Of a stretch of DNA of 64,000 bases, positions 1 to 12,463 are shown piece after piece. The DNA is taken from contig JALDZX010000018.1 of assembly GCA_022813865.1 (NCBI GenBank), positions 310,001-374,000 of the forward strand. Reading direction: 5' to 3'. Position 1 is the first letter of the stretch; each line of letters opens with the position of its first letter. This DNA comes from Xylographa opegraphella. Its lineage: Eukaryota. The translations under genes and the position numbers were made by a program. A model generated the notes under the pieces. That model made no database searches. It was not told the origin of the DNA and saw only the letters and a program-made list of their open reading frames with translations.

Positions 1-126
1 CGGGTAGGAGGAATGCGTTACTGGAGAAAAGGAGGCGGAGAGCCGAACGAGAAGGGCGGGAAGGACCAATAGAAGGAGCGCACGAGGATAAAAATGTTCA
101 GCCTGGAGCAATGTTGACAGGTTCAT
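1..126 (-). CDS. Possible 5' end of a gene running off the left edge (MNLSTLLQAEHFYPRALLLLVLPALLVRLSASFSP...)
   Basis: ATG at 126-124, frame open to window edge, hydrophobic stretch; no homology recognisable. Confidence 0.3.
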   Translation of the reverse strand, partial: MNLSTLLQAEHFYPRALLLLVLPALLVRLSASFSPVTHSSYP

Positions 127-589
127 GATGAATGAGATACTCTCGGACTGGGTGGAGAGGCTGGCATGGATGGACGATTCGGAAATCGGGGGTTATTGTA
201 CCATTCGCCCAATGCTGGCCCAGCTTGACAGTATATTTGGGGCGCTTCGAGGAACTCCTTTTGCACGTGCTACGGGCAATTGCAATATTGGCATGTTACA
301 GAGCATAAGATAATGACTCAAGAGTATCAGCAGTTCTATCCTTTTGTTTTTTCAAATTGTGGAGCTACGAACAAATGCAGAGCGATTTGCGCTTGACCGT
401 CCACTGCAAGAACAATCTGTGCTAGAAACGTCTTGACCAACGACACTATCTGGAGTGGCATAACGTGCATCAATATTTCCAGCGCTCCCAAAGCTTCGCT
501 AAAGACTTTTCCCTGGCTATACCTGCGCTACGAAATACATCGCCCACGAACATAGTTCAATGAAGTCGATATCAAAATATCAATCACTA

Positions 590-1221
590 TTATAATATCT
601 CGTCTTCGGAGTCTGGGGGGTTCGCTGGAAGCTGGATATGCTCTGGAGATAGAACAGCCGTTGTTTCGGCAAGCGGACTGGCTACTGCGTCTTCAACCTG
701 CATCTCCTCATCCTCCCAGCCATCTTCATCCTCCTCTTTAGGTATTGGCTTCGTTCTCTTGTCATGAACCTTGCCATTCAGCTCATCCCATGCCGCCTGA
801 CAATAATTTAGCATTCGAAGCTCTAGGTCTCGTGGAGAACGTACGCTGCGCTCTTTCACTGCCTTGCCCTTTATCGCACTGCGCTCCACCTTCTTCTCCT
901 TTTTATCAATCACAGCCTCTGCCCTTTCCATCCCCTTCTCGTGCCTGAGACGTTGTTGTCGGCTTAAAGACTTCCCTTTGCCTTTTCGTTTCACGATACC
1001 GGCGCCGTTGTGAACTGACAGGACAGAGGGATGTGATGCAGAACCCGTATTAGGCGATTTGACACCTTTGAGTGATTTATCAAGGTTTATTGAAGGAGAA
1101 GAAGCTCGCTTGGCCGCTCGGGAGTGTATCGACTTTGCTGAGTTCGATCAGCGGAGAGCACTTCTCGTGGAGCTGACGTCTTGCATTTGTTGTTCTTCTT
1201 CAGCTTAGCAGTCTTCGCCAT
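590..1221 (-). CDS. ALB1: Ribosome biogenesis (pre-60S) factor Alb1
   Basis: Spliced product MAKTAKLKK...SIHSRAAKRASSPSINLDKSL...LSRQQRLRHEKGMERAEAVIDK...AWDELN matches fungal Alb1; introns 1138-1184 (GC-AG) and 797-844. Confidence 0.85.
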
Positions 1222-1550
1222 GACTGTAGCTATCTTCCTGTAGGATGGACTTTAGTGGAACTAGGACCTATGCTAATGGGAGGAAGGGGCGCAGGTCGAC
1301 GGTACGGAGTAAAATGTTACGTCAAATGCAGTGTCTCGTTTTCCCGGATGACATTTCCTTTCACGCGACCACATCACTATTCGACAACTTTGCTCATGCT
1401 TGTTATTCTCAACTATCTGCATAATATAGCTCCAGATCGGACAGCTATTTCTTGGAGTAGTAATCTACATATTCTGAGGCCTACATTTGCGAAAGTATCA
1501 GGAACATGCTCCACGGGTAGCGGGAGGGCTCCAGCAAACCTTTTTCCACA

Positions 1551-3836
1551 ATGAGCTCTGAGTTGAGAACAGAAACATCTGAAGCTTTCAATAGCTGGAA
1601 AGGCTCGCAGAACTTAGGTATTCCAATTGCCTGGACCACACTACTTGCTTATGGCATGCTCGCCGTGTTGTTCTGCTACTACGTCCTTCAAACTCTTGAC
1701 TATTATCCACTCCTATCTATTCCGGAACGAGCGTGGGAGGTACTTGTATACATGACGCCGTCATCTCTAGTGATTGCACTGGACAAGCGCAAAAATACAT
1801 CAAGCGAAGGCAAGCCAGAGAACCCCGAAGATTATTCAAGGTCTCGATCATTTGCAGCAAAGAGTGACGCGATGAGACATATTCTGGGACTAAATAGTGC
1901 GAGTATGCTCAGTAGCTTCCAAAGAGCAAGGTCTTTGTCGGGCATGACCAGCATCTTTAAAGCACCACCTAAAGGCAGTCTTCCAGGATTGGGAAATTGG
2001 GATAATTCGTGTTATCAGAACAGTGTTATCCAAAGTCTGGCGGCACTACCTTCGCTATCATCATTCTTGGCTCAGACAATACCAGCAGGCAGTGAAGCAA
2101 ATGGACCATCCACCGCAACGGCATTGAAGAATGTGATAGAGGACCTCAACGATCCTGGGAATGCAGGTCAGAGACTTTGGACGCCTGCTGAGCTGAAGAC
2201 TATGAGTAGCTGGCAACAACAAGATGCTCAAGAATACTATTCGAAAGTTCTAGATGAGGTCGACAAGGAGGCTTCGAGATCTATGAAGCGAAAACGGACA
2301 CATATGGGGTTGGGAACGATTGAGGATTCAGTACCAACATCAAGAGAGCCGACTGAAGGCAATAGTGGTGATACTGCCCAGTGCCGTTTTGATCAACTTC
2401 CGGAAGCGCTTTCCCACAGCTATTTGTCTAACCCATTGGAAGGGTTACTTGCACAACGTGTAGGCTGCTTGAAGTGTGGCTTTGTTGAAGGTCTATCGCT
2501 AATCCCTTTCAACTGTCTCACTGTACCCCTGGGAAAACAATGGGAATACGACTTAGAGAGTTGCCTTGACGAGTACACCATGTTGGAGTCGATTAGTGGC
2601 GTCGAATGCTCGAAATGTACTTTGCTTCACCATAAAGAACAATTACAGCGACTGCTTCAGCGTACTCAATTGTCGTCTGAGGCTACTTCCAAGGGATCAT
2701 CGATGTCAGAAGCCTTAAATTCATCTGTCAGTGCACGCCTCAATAATGTCTGCGATGCTCTTGAAAATGAGGATTTTTCCGAGGTCACTTTAGCCAAGAA
2801 ATGTCAAATTCCGGTCAAGGCCCGTATAGAGACTACTAAGTCGAAGCAAGCAGTCATTGCACGGCTTCCCAAAGCCCTCACAATACACGTAAACCGTAGC
2901 GTGTTCAGTGAAAGGACTGGAGTGCTGAGTAAGAACCAGGCAAGTGTGCGATTCCCGAAGTTGCTGGACTTGACACCTTGGTGCCTTGGTAACTCGTATA
3001 TTTCGGGCCAGAACGACTCCATTGCAGAGACGTGGGATACAGATCCATCCTCGTCCATGCTATTTGATACATTTACCGATGAATCTGGTGTATCATTAGC
3101 AGATAACGGCAATCTGTTCATACTTCGAGCAGTGATAACACATTTTGGTCGTCATGAAAATGGTCATTATATCTGTTATCGAAGAAATCCACAAGATGTC
3201 AGCCTCAACGATGATGGCGAGGAGGGTGACAGTTGGTGGCGGCTGAGTGATGAAGAAGTCTCCGAAGTCAGTGAAGAGGTTGTCCTCGACCAAGGAGGAG
3301 TTTTCATGCTCTTCTACGAGCGTTTCCAGTCTACTCAAGTTGGCTCTATTATTGATCAGAAAGTTGCTGGATCTTCCAATACCGTAGAAGTACTCACAAA
3401 CCTCACAGGCCCTACAGAGCTTGAGGAACCAGTTTCGATTGAAGAACAAGGACAACAAGATCCTGAGGTACTTGCACATGGGGTTCTGGTCACTGAGGAT
3501 CAATATTCAACCACCCCAAGTAGCATTTCGCGACCACACGCACAACCAGTACCGGTAGCCGCAGTAGAGTCCATATTATCCTCAGCAGTCGCTGTTGACG
3601 AGGAAGCTTTATTGCAAATAAGAACGAGCAATAAAAGCATTGATAGAAAGGGTGTTACCATAGACAATGGAACGGCCCCGGAAGATATCGAGTCCGGAGA
3701 TAGGTCATCTGGACTTGGGGGAACCGAAAAGGAGGACCGGAAAATTCCACCACCAATGCGAACTGCAGGCGTAAGAAAATTCGATCGTCGGGAAAATGGA
3801 ATGGCCTCTGTCTCCTCTATGGTCACAGCAAACTGA
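1551..3836 (+). CDS. Ubiquitin-specific protease (peptidase C19), membrane-anchored Ubp16/USP30-like
   Basis: 761-aa ORF; Cys box GLGNWDNSCYQNSVIQ, QQQDAQEY, His box HFGRHENGHYICYR, WWRLSDE; N-terminal hydrophobic helix. Confidence 0.92.
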   Translation: MSSELRTETSEAFNSWKGSQNLGIPIAWTTLLAYGMLAVLFCYYVLQTLDYYPLLSIPERAWEVLVYMTPSSLVIALDKRKNTSSEGKPENPEDYSRSRSFAAKSDAMRHILGLNSASMLSSFQRARSLSGMTSIFKAPPKGSLPGLGNWDNSCYQNSVIQSLAALPSLSSFLAQTIPAGSEANGPSTATALKNVIEDLNDPGNAGQRLWTPAELKTMSSWQQQDAQEYYSKVLDEVDKEASRSMKRKRTHMGLGTIEDSVPTSREPTEGNSGDTAQCRFDQLPEALSHSYLSNPLEGLLAQRVGCLKCGFVEGLSLIPFNCLTVPLGKQWEYDLESCLDEYTMLESISGVECSKCTLLHHKEQLQRLLQRTQLSSEATSKGSSMSEALNSSVSARLNNVCDALENEDFSEVTLAKKCQIPVKARIETTKSKQAVIARLPKALTIHVNRSVFSERTGVLSKNQASVRFPKLLDLTPWCLGNSYISGQNDSIAETWDTDPSSSMLFDTFTDESGVSLADNGNLFILRAVITHFGRHENGHYICYRRNPQDVSLNDDGEEGDSWWRLSDEEVSEVSEEVVLDQGGVFMLFYERFQSTQVGSIIDQKVAGSSNTVEVLTNLTGPTELEEPVSIEEQGQQDPEVLAHGVLVTEDQYSTTPSSISRPHAQPVPVAAVESILSSAVAVDEEALLQIRTSNKSIDRKGVTIDNGTAPEDIESGDRSSGLGGTEKEDRKIPPPMRTAGVRKFDRRENGMASVSSMVTAN

Positions 3837-5032
3837 ACGAGTAACAATGCGAAATTGAACAACGAAGCATGTCCGGCGTTATGAAGACATTGGAGGGGTC
3901 GCTATAGTGATATTTTCTTATGAGATACCCATTGCTGCACGGACGACGTGGCCCACGTTTTCATTCAGTATTTCTGCTATCAGATATCTGACAATAAATC
4001 TATTTATTAGGATATACCTACTGGCCGTTACAGCCTGAATTGCACCATCTTGAATGTGGCGTAATTGCGCTAAATATTGGAAGGGTCTTTACAGCATGTT
4101 TCAGTTCTTCTGTGAATATGTGCAGGTGTTTGCTCGTTTGCTGTCGCTCCCTGGCCACATTGACCTATGGATGAATGGGACTTATAGCTTGTCATGATCA
4201 TTCGCCCAGCAGTTTGGTGCTGTCGTCTGCTCTAAAGTTCTCCAGGTTCTTCAGTCTACTTACTTATGTATTGCACACGCATCCAAGTCTTTATAGCAAA
4301 GATCTTTACTCTTGTACGCCTTTCAACTTTTGCGGTGTTTGTTGCGTGCCGAAATTCTGTGTGGTCTGTGGAAGTCGTTTTTGAAGTACTGCCGGCGAGC
4401 TGCTGCAGACCTCAAGCTGTACTATCGATATTCGGGGCACTAGCATCCTTGTTTTTCCACATACCCTCGTTCTCATCCACATTTTAGCATTCATTATGCC
4501 AGAATTGCTGAGTGTGCCCGTAGTGCCTTCTTCATCAGGCCTGAGCTCATATGTGGCTGAGTATGCGGAAACACATATGTCCCACGGAATAATGAGAGCA
4601 CCCTTAGTGCTGCAACACCTCTTTTGAATATAGACATGCATAATTGGAGAGTTCGATAGCAGTATGTATGAAGCGGCTTCAAAATCTGGTTGGATGTCGG
4701 TGATACGATGCTATATAGTGAGTCGCGTTGAATTTGTTTTGGAGGCTGCAAGCTTCATCATGAGTCATGTTGCATTTGCTACGGGCACTTGACATTTGAG
4801 CAGAAGTTATGCATCTGGTTGATAGGACAATTCGGCAGTTAACACCATTCAAATCGAATTTGGTGAATACATAAACGGCCGAAACCCAAATCGTGTTATA
4901 GTTCGATGTTGTTGACCTGCTATATGAAGCTTCTCTTCACACTTCACCTTTGTCTTCTTCATTGCAGAGTTGTCAAAGGCAGATCTCAATTAAGTAGCAA
5001 GCTAATACAATCATTGATAGTGACGTGATACT

Positions 5033-5799
5033 ATGGCATTCAATATGTTCATGGGTTTTGACATAAATCGTGCTGCTATGGAGGATGAGGCAGTCGGGCA
5101 TGCATTAATTATGTTGCAAACTCTGGACCGGTATGTCTTTGGATGTGTAACTTTCTAAACATGCTAACGGTTCATAGAGATCGAATCAAAGCACAGTACA
5201 CTGATTTCAAATTCGTGTGTAGCGACAAAACATTCAACGTATATCGTAAGGTACTGGGCACGGCATCTGAGCCGTTGGATCGTATGATGCGGAGTGGCTT
5301 CAAGGCGAGTAATCTACCGATATGTGATTGACACTGCTGATGTCGTATATAGGAAACAATCAATTGCTCAGCCGAGCTTGAAGGCATCCCGACCGCCCAT
5401 ATAGAGATCCTACTGGATTATCTCTATCGTGGTGTCTAGGACCGTGGCCATTCGCTGGCGACTCATGTCGCTATGTATGTTCTGGCGGACAAATATATGA
5501 TCTCCAGCCTCAAATCTAGGGTGATCGACCGCGTCGAGCAGCTCACCTCTTTTGAATTCTCTACGCTCCTAGCAAATGTCGTCGAACTTATCGCTCTGAT
5601 TTGGCACTCTGATGTGCCGGAGGATAAGGCCATAAGACGGCCTGTCATGGAGGCAGCCATCAAGCACAAGGACAGACTTCTGAAAATGCAAGAGTTCAGG
5701 GGCCTACTATGGCATGGTGGTGACTTCGTGCTCACGTTCTCAGACGGCGGTTACGCGCCCAAGTGGGGTGGAATGGAGGATCCAAACGAGCCGGCGTGA
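5033..5799 (+). pseudogene. BTB/POZ domain gene with an in-frame TAG
   Basis: YTDFKFVCSDKTFNVYRKVL...GFK|E...LLDYLYRG...MYVLADKY; introns 5131-5177 and 5305-5352 (GC-AG); TAG at 5437-5439 in frame with both flanks. Confidence 0.7.
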
Positions 5800-7375
5800 G
5801 TGAAAGTGCTGCCTGGATTATGATTGAAACAGGATTGCCAGATACCTACTCAAATTGCTACTGATTTGCGATTTCGATGAAGATTGCCTGCTATCTAGAA
5901 TGGGTTCTTAGGCTGGCGTATACTGATATGTTGGTCAGACCTTGGGTGTGTAACCTTTAGTCTCAAAGCAAATCAAAGTGCCGCTTTCATTTGAACCAAA
6001 ATATATCTGTTTCTATCTTTCTCCACAAAATAACCCTACGACTTCATCGCTGTCCTTCTACCACATACAGTATAAATTATAGTCCCGAGTTCATGTATAT
6101 ACCTTTGTTCCCAGCGCTCCATACCAGAGCACTCTCATCTGTTACCCCCTATGAGGCTCTGCACGAGGCGAGAGTTAGTGATCGATTGCGTTGTAGCGGT
6201 TTTACGGACGGATCAGCTTCTGTGGCTTACCTTTGCAGCAAGCTTATCTATGGTTTGCCTCGGGAATTCAACAGTCACCGACTTGATATCTGTTTGACAT
6301 GTAACGTACATCTCGTTGGAGATCACGTCCAATCTCGCGGCCGAATTCTCAAGCGGTTGTGTTATTATCTCTCCGTGCCAATACTTGCTAACTCTGCACG
6401 GAATTACTACTTTCTTGAGATCAACGATTCTAGCGAATGTATATATAAACACATATATATGACAATGTCGTGTGTATGTTAGTTAATGTATCTATCTACT
6501 GAAACTATACCTGGGTGTCGAACAAGCTCTGGAATACAATTTTGTCAATACCTGGCTTCACGTTCTGCTGCCTCTCCTCGACTTCAGGGTCCACAGAGTG
6601 GTTTTCTTCACCATTAAACTCGTCTTATAGTGCAAATTTCGACAGCATTAATAGTATGGAGTCTACTTCATCAATACTTACGCACACAGCTCCTCCTCTA
6701 TTCTTCCTTTCCGCTTTCGCAAAAGTCATTACTACGGCACCACGACTATATTTTTCGAAGCGGTGAGTCCGAAGATCAAGCAAACTTTGCTTGCATCGTG
6801 CGTTATCCCAAATCTGTCAATTCGCCAGCTCAAATTTATAATTTCGCTGATCTCAAAAACACATGCCATCAGCACGCGGAGTACCGCATCTTCGTGTGCA
6901 TTCCATGTGGCTATCTGTTGCCAAGTTATACCACAGTCTTCTACTCTGTGGCACCTACTTGTAACAGGTCTGCCATAATCGAATACAGTAAGGTCTGTCG
7001 TCGCCCCAATGATTGCTTTCTAGCACCCAAGCCTCTGCCTTACACTTCTGTGGTTTAACAAGCTACGGCACTACTATCGCGGTAAAACATGTAGTATAAG
7101 TGGATACGTGTGGTATGGTAGATCGTATCGTATGGATATTCACAAAGTGGTGAAGTGATCTCAGCCGTTTAATATTACCGAGCGCTAGATTCTAGGACTA
7201 GGGCTAGGGTATTCTAGCGTGGCTTGGAATGCATATCACGTGATTCCGCGCTTTGCCCAAAGTTCTTGCTGTTCGCCCGCAGCATGCTTTTTCTCCCACT
7301 ACGTTATTATGTAGTCAGAATGTGAAGCTCGATGCGACTTGCTCATCCATGACCTGCCAATGTTGTTACGGTTGA

Positions 7376-9501
7376 ATGCACAACGCCGTCGGCGTCGCAG
7401 GCTCGGAGTCCTCACCCCAGTCCTTTCTTTCCACCCCAGCCTTGTCACATCCCACGAGCTCGGTAATGGGCGCAATAATCTGATCCACGACGATGCGATG
7501 ATCATAGAACGGAATGCCACAATCGCGATCTGCAGCGACGTTTCCGAGCCCTCTCACGAGGATCACCTCGCGAGCAACAACTTCACGCTGGCTCCGGAGG
7601 TCTGTCTTTCCGGCTACTCCCCACATTACTACTTCCGGCTCTGGGATATGCCGCATTGTGTTGGGCGCAATGGTGAGCCCCAACCGGCCGTGCTCGTCAC
7701 GTATGCGAGTGGGAACTGTACTGGTAACCATTGTCCGCCCTTCGACGGGGTGGGAGCCAAGGCCGGGGCGGTGGATAGAATTCCCTTTTCTCTTCCCTCC
7801 CTTCCAATCCTACCCACAGCACTGGTCGTTAATCTTCTATAGCGGGCCCACATACCCTGTCATTCGGAGCCGTTCGACGAGGTCGCGGATCCTTTCGAAA
7901 GAGCATACACCACTGGCGGAGAGCTTCAGGCTCCAGTTCAACATCGAGGCCCCCTCGCTCTGTGTGAGCACCCGCAGCCCAGACTCACCGATGGCTTGGT
8001 CCAGATGATCTACGACGGCTGCAATCGTGGACATCTGGACTCATGGAAAATATACCGTCTCCCCATCGATACTTGCCAGAGGACGCACGAGGCCCGAGGG
8101 CTCCACTTCCACAACCCGGGTACATGCCTCGATGGCTCCCGAGCTCGATGGGCTCGAACGCAGGACACGGAGTGCGAAGTCCTCCATGATCTTACTGAGA
8201 TCACGAACGAGGATTTTGCCTGGGATGCTTGCCGACTCCTGAATCTTGACAATCAACAGATTGGCAGCGTGGCCTTTCAATGTGGTCGATCTGATGTAAA
8301 AGCCGTCCATGAAGACGTGATCGTTGAGGCTACACCGACCACGGAAATCATACCACTCAAGCGATACCCGGAGCTACCACCTGCGAGACATGTACCACTG
8401 CCGACGCCGCTCCCTCCGAAACCATGGATAGTACCCTTCTGGAAGGGCCTATTCCTCATCGACAGGCTAGAATCGGGCGCCCGAAACGATCGGTATGTCA
8501 GCCCCATGTTTCAAGTGCTTGCTACGGACAGCTGTTACACCAGATACAGTTCTCCACTCCAGATCTTCCAGGTTCCAAGGTGTTTCAATCTGACGAGGGC
8601 GAATGTTGCATTTTTCACATGGACTTATTGCAAAGGGTCTCCGGTTATCTACGATGGTACGCACGAGAGAATACTGGGTATATCATTCTGTATGTCTACG
8701 GACAATGGGTACAACAGCATGGCTTTTTGGTGCGACGGCACAGGACCACCATGGGAACATAAACCCCAGAAGCGTTGTTTTCGTATCTATAGCCTGCAAG
8801 GGCCATTGCTCCTCGGTGGACTCTCAGCCCTGCTCGTGCTACTAAGTCGGGTATGGTTGATTTCGAGGATCAGAGAGAATTTCAAGGTGAACTGGTTTAG
8901 TTCTGTTGGTTCTCCAGTCGACTGGTCCCCCAACGTACAAAGAGTCTCGAGAGGAAATTATGGTACCGTTCCGATTCATAATTAAGTATCCTTGCGGTTG
9001 CCATTGGAATTCCTGAAATGCGTTGGACCTGCCCTAAATTAGGTAACGGAAGTGAAAATATGTTTTTATTCCGGCATTCTGGCTGTCGACGAGACTTCAG
9101 CCCAATTGGAGTGGAGGAACTTTTTGATATCACAGCAGTTGTGAAGCGTGAGGAAATTGTATCGGGCCCAGAAAATCATGTGCCTCGGTAACCGTCGTCC
9201 GACATTACGGCACCGCAAACTGGGCCCGTGCAAGGTGACCTGTAGCTGCAGTGCTAGCAGACCTCCCAGCACCAGGGCAGCAGTCTTTGTGTGTGGCCAC
9301 ATTATTCGCTCTGTTTTTGACAGCTTGTCGATGGTGGAATGGGAGGTCCAGCGACGTGGTCGCGGCGTTTTGGAGACGACCCAAGATGGCGGATGGTGCG
9401 CCAAAAATGTGAGCTGGGCTGGCAGAAGTTGTCGAGGGAGATGTCTTGCAAGAATAAACAAGCATAACCGTGATGGCGGAAGTGAGGACAACAGAAAGTG
9501 A
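7376..9501 (+). pseudogene. Frameshifted gene for a secreted multi-repeat Cys-patterned protein
   Basis: Broken signal-like start (MHNAVGVA/LGVLTPVLS) and repeated units ending WSLIF, SVAFQCG, SMAFWCDG spread over ORFs 7339-7842, 7514-8008, 7996-8985 and 9148-9501. Confidence 0.45.
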
Positions 9502-9618
9502 TATCGTTACAAGGATCGTACAAAATAATACAGCATTAAGTGGCGTAACGGGCCCTTAACTCAAAGTCTTACGAACTTACTTCCAGCAACCTGTGATCAC
9601 AGCGCTCACGCGGTATAC

Positions 9619-10934
9619 TTAATGACTCGCGCCGGTGCTGAAATCTCTAGTGAACACCAAGTCTTTCTTTACATCAAGATTAAGGTCCCGAGGCTCAGAA
9701 TCGGCCCATCCATTACGTAGTGCGTAGGTCTCGTTACCATCATCGTGGAGACTATGGAGTGGATTGCCCGGCTTGGTAAGTAATATGCGTTCTCCTCGAG
9801 AACTAAATCTCTTGCTGTCCGAGCCAGCAGTAGCAGTAAAATGTGGCTTCGTGATTTTCCAATGATTTGGAGTGAGCTTATTGACAAGCGGGCGGAGAGT
9901 GGGCAGACTGGCGCTGACGACAGCCATGGCGAATTCGATTGAGCTCCAGTTTGCAATGCCGACGAGGGTGTCTGCATTCATATTAGAAGGAAACAGAACT
10001 GAACTACAAAATCAAGGCTCACAGGTATTGTCCGCGACATCTATTCGAGTCAGTGAGACAAGTCGGACAATGCTAGCAATGATGACGCTAAATTGATGTT
10101 AACAGTCGTAGCTTTGAAGTGGTTGTATAAGAGATTATCTTACAAGCTTCCTAAGAGAAAGATGAAAGTCAAGGCTATTTTGGAGCGTCGATCGAGCTGT
10201 AGCTTCCAAACTTGCCAAATAGGCATAGCGAGGATAAGTACATCCGTCAAGAGATTTGGAATAGCAACGGAAATATAGAATGCCTGAAAGTTGATACAGT
10301 ACACCCCTGGCGTGCCTTGTAATTCAAAATCCCAGAAAGCATTGATTGGGTTGCAGGAAAAAATGGATCCCATGAGCACAGCTACACCCCAAGCCAGCAT
10401 GAAGACTATGGTAATATTGATCCAGAGGTGCAGGCGCTTGCTGGTAAAAAGATACCGATAAAGCAGTAACAGAGAGATTTTGACGGTGACCTGGCCAAAG
10501 GCGTAGAAACACTCCGCAACAATGAGGTACTGCAGTGGCCATCAACATGATAAACTCAACAGTCGTGAAGGCAAGTACTTTAAGCATAATTTTGACACCA
10601 GAAAAGGTACGGTCGGCCATAGCGACCACCTCAATGTGCTTGCCGAGCCCAAAGCGCACAACTGTTATCTCCAGTCAGTTTTTGCGATGGTAGTACAATT
10701 CGGCTACAGACCCCAGATATCAACACAACTGATGACATAGCAAGCTACCACTCCGCCGAAAAGCACGTAGTCCGAAGCAATGAACGGGGCATTGGATATC
10801 TTTCTTGACACTAGGCGAAGAACATAGAAAAGCATGCAAAGCACCATGCTCGCCACCGCGGACCGTATCACAGTAGGGGATTGGTCATCGCTAATTTCGA
10901 TGCCCGCAGGTATTGACATACTGTCGAATGACAT
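9619..10934 (-). CDS. PTH11-like (rhodopsin-domain) integral membrane protein, no CFEM domain
   Basis: Exon fragments LRLVSR, SDY, FGLGKH, SCNPINAFWD, NLLTDVLILAMPIWQVWKLQL, ASIVR, WSSIE...SASLPTLRPL; several introns. Confidence 0.88.
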
Positions 10935-11734
10935 ATCGTTGTGAATCTAAGCAGTTCGTAAATGTGGAAACAGACGAAGAGAATAAAGACTCATGACAAC
11001 CACTTGCTGGCGAAGGATGGCTGTCCCTGCATGAGGTATAGATATTATGTTGAGTAATAAAAGGGCAGCAACGATGTCATGGAAGGGAGGTGGGAGATAA
11101 GGTTGCTTCAGGCTTCTGGTCACGAACCATGTGGCTCATCCAAAGCACTTCTCGCATGGGTAAAGACCTGGTCATTGGGCCGAATCAACCCCATAGTCGT
11201 CATTGAAGCTAATGAGACGATGGCTAAAGGTCGGATGCATGGTAGATCGAATTGGTGTGGGCGGGAATGAAAGCGGACGTTCACTGCAACCAACGCGTTG
11301 GGTGAGTCCTCGGCATCACCCCTCACACCATTTTGTGTGCCGCACACTTTTACTGCGAGTGTCGCTCCAAATTCCCGTTTCAAGCCGGTGCTTCCGCTAT
11401 ACAGCAAAGAAATGCTAGATGAGGGTCGGGTGGAGAATCAGGAAAGCATTTCGGCAAAACGGGGAGACACGCTAGCCGAGTGATCTAGGCCAATAGGACC
11501 TAGAGGTTTGAGATAGCGGCGGAATCTGCAAGTCACGTTTCCGGGCCGCCGTGTCGGGCCGGACCGTGTAACGAGACGTGTGAGGTAAGGTAAGGTAGGG
11601 CCTAGGCGTTCCAACAACATCTTCAGGCTCTCCACTATTTCCGAATACCAGTCATTCCTAAGCCCCGACTTGCCTGTTGGCTCCCCAAAAGCCATCGAGA
11701 CAGCACTACTCGTAGTAGAGCAAGTCTATCCGCA

Positions 11735-12263
11735 ATGGTCTAGCCCTATAAGACCCATCCCGAGTTTCTACATCCACTAACCCGCCAACCAGTCCAAAGA
11801 CTCCTCGCACACCTACGTTCACTTTGCCTCTGCGCGTTTCGCCGATCTCTTCGAAGTAAGCCTCAGTCCTACCTTTCCATCGCTCCCCTTCTCTCTCATT
11901 CTTCCACTCACCCCAAAAAACTACCCTTACCGCCCGTACTCCCCAACCATCATGCCTCCAGTCAGCCCTCCGCCTTCTCCACAACCAGCTAATTCCCCTT
12001 TCACACAGGAATTCAACCGCCCGCCCCACCTCCCCCACGAGCCCATCTACGTCCCACCCCAGCACCAGCCGCTCAACCCGGAAGACGAAGACGACGTCGT
12101 GCCCGACCAACACGCCGCGTTCGGCATTCAGCGCGCCACGCAGATGAAGCGCGAGCCAGCGTGGAAGGACCTCGGGCTGGAGGAACTGCTGCGGAAGGGG
12201 CCGAAGGAGGGAGGCGAGGGCAAGGTCAGGGCGGGAAAGTGGAGTGCAGTCATGCCGCGGTAA
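11735..12263 (+). CDS. APC13: Anaphase-promoting complex subunit Apc13/Swm1
   Basis: Spliced M|SKDSSHTYVHFASARFADLFE|EFNRPPHLPHEPIYVPPQHQPLNPEDEDDVVPDQHAAFGI...EPAWKDLGL; introns 11738-11792 and 11856-12008. Confidence 0.8.
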
Positions 12264-12463
12264 GGAAGGGAGACGTATGAACGGGGACAATGGCAGCTCA
12301 TGCAGATGGATGGGACAAGAATTGACTTCTTAATCGATGGATACAACTGAAGTATTCGCTTCGAATGGGTGCGAAGGCGTGAAGCATGCGTTAGACTACC
12401 AGCACCAGGATCCACCAACGCCAGCTATATGCTCCATGTCTTTCCAATACGCCCACAGTCACA

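Noticed and set aside
4175..4760. Cluster of 70-110-aa ORFs
   Set aside because: No motif, splice model or codon bias supports any of them
5990..7060. Short ORFs on both strands, possibly a decayed minus-strand gene or transposon relic
   Set aside because: Protein-like fragments are broken by stops and frameshifts and I could not assign a family or find terminal repeats
7190..7220. CTAGGG repeats resembling telomeric sequence
   Set aside because: Only two imperfect copies; compatible with chance
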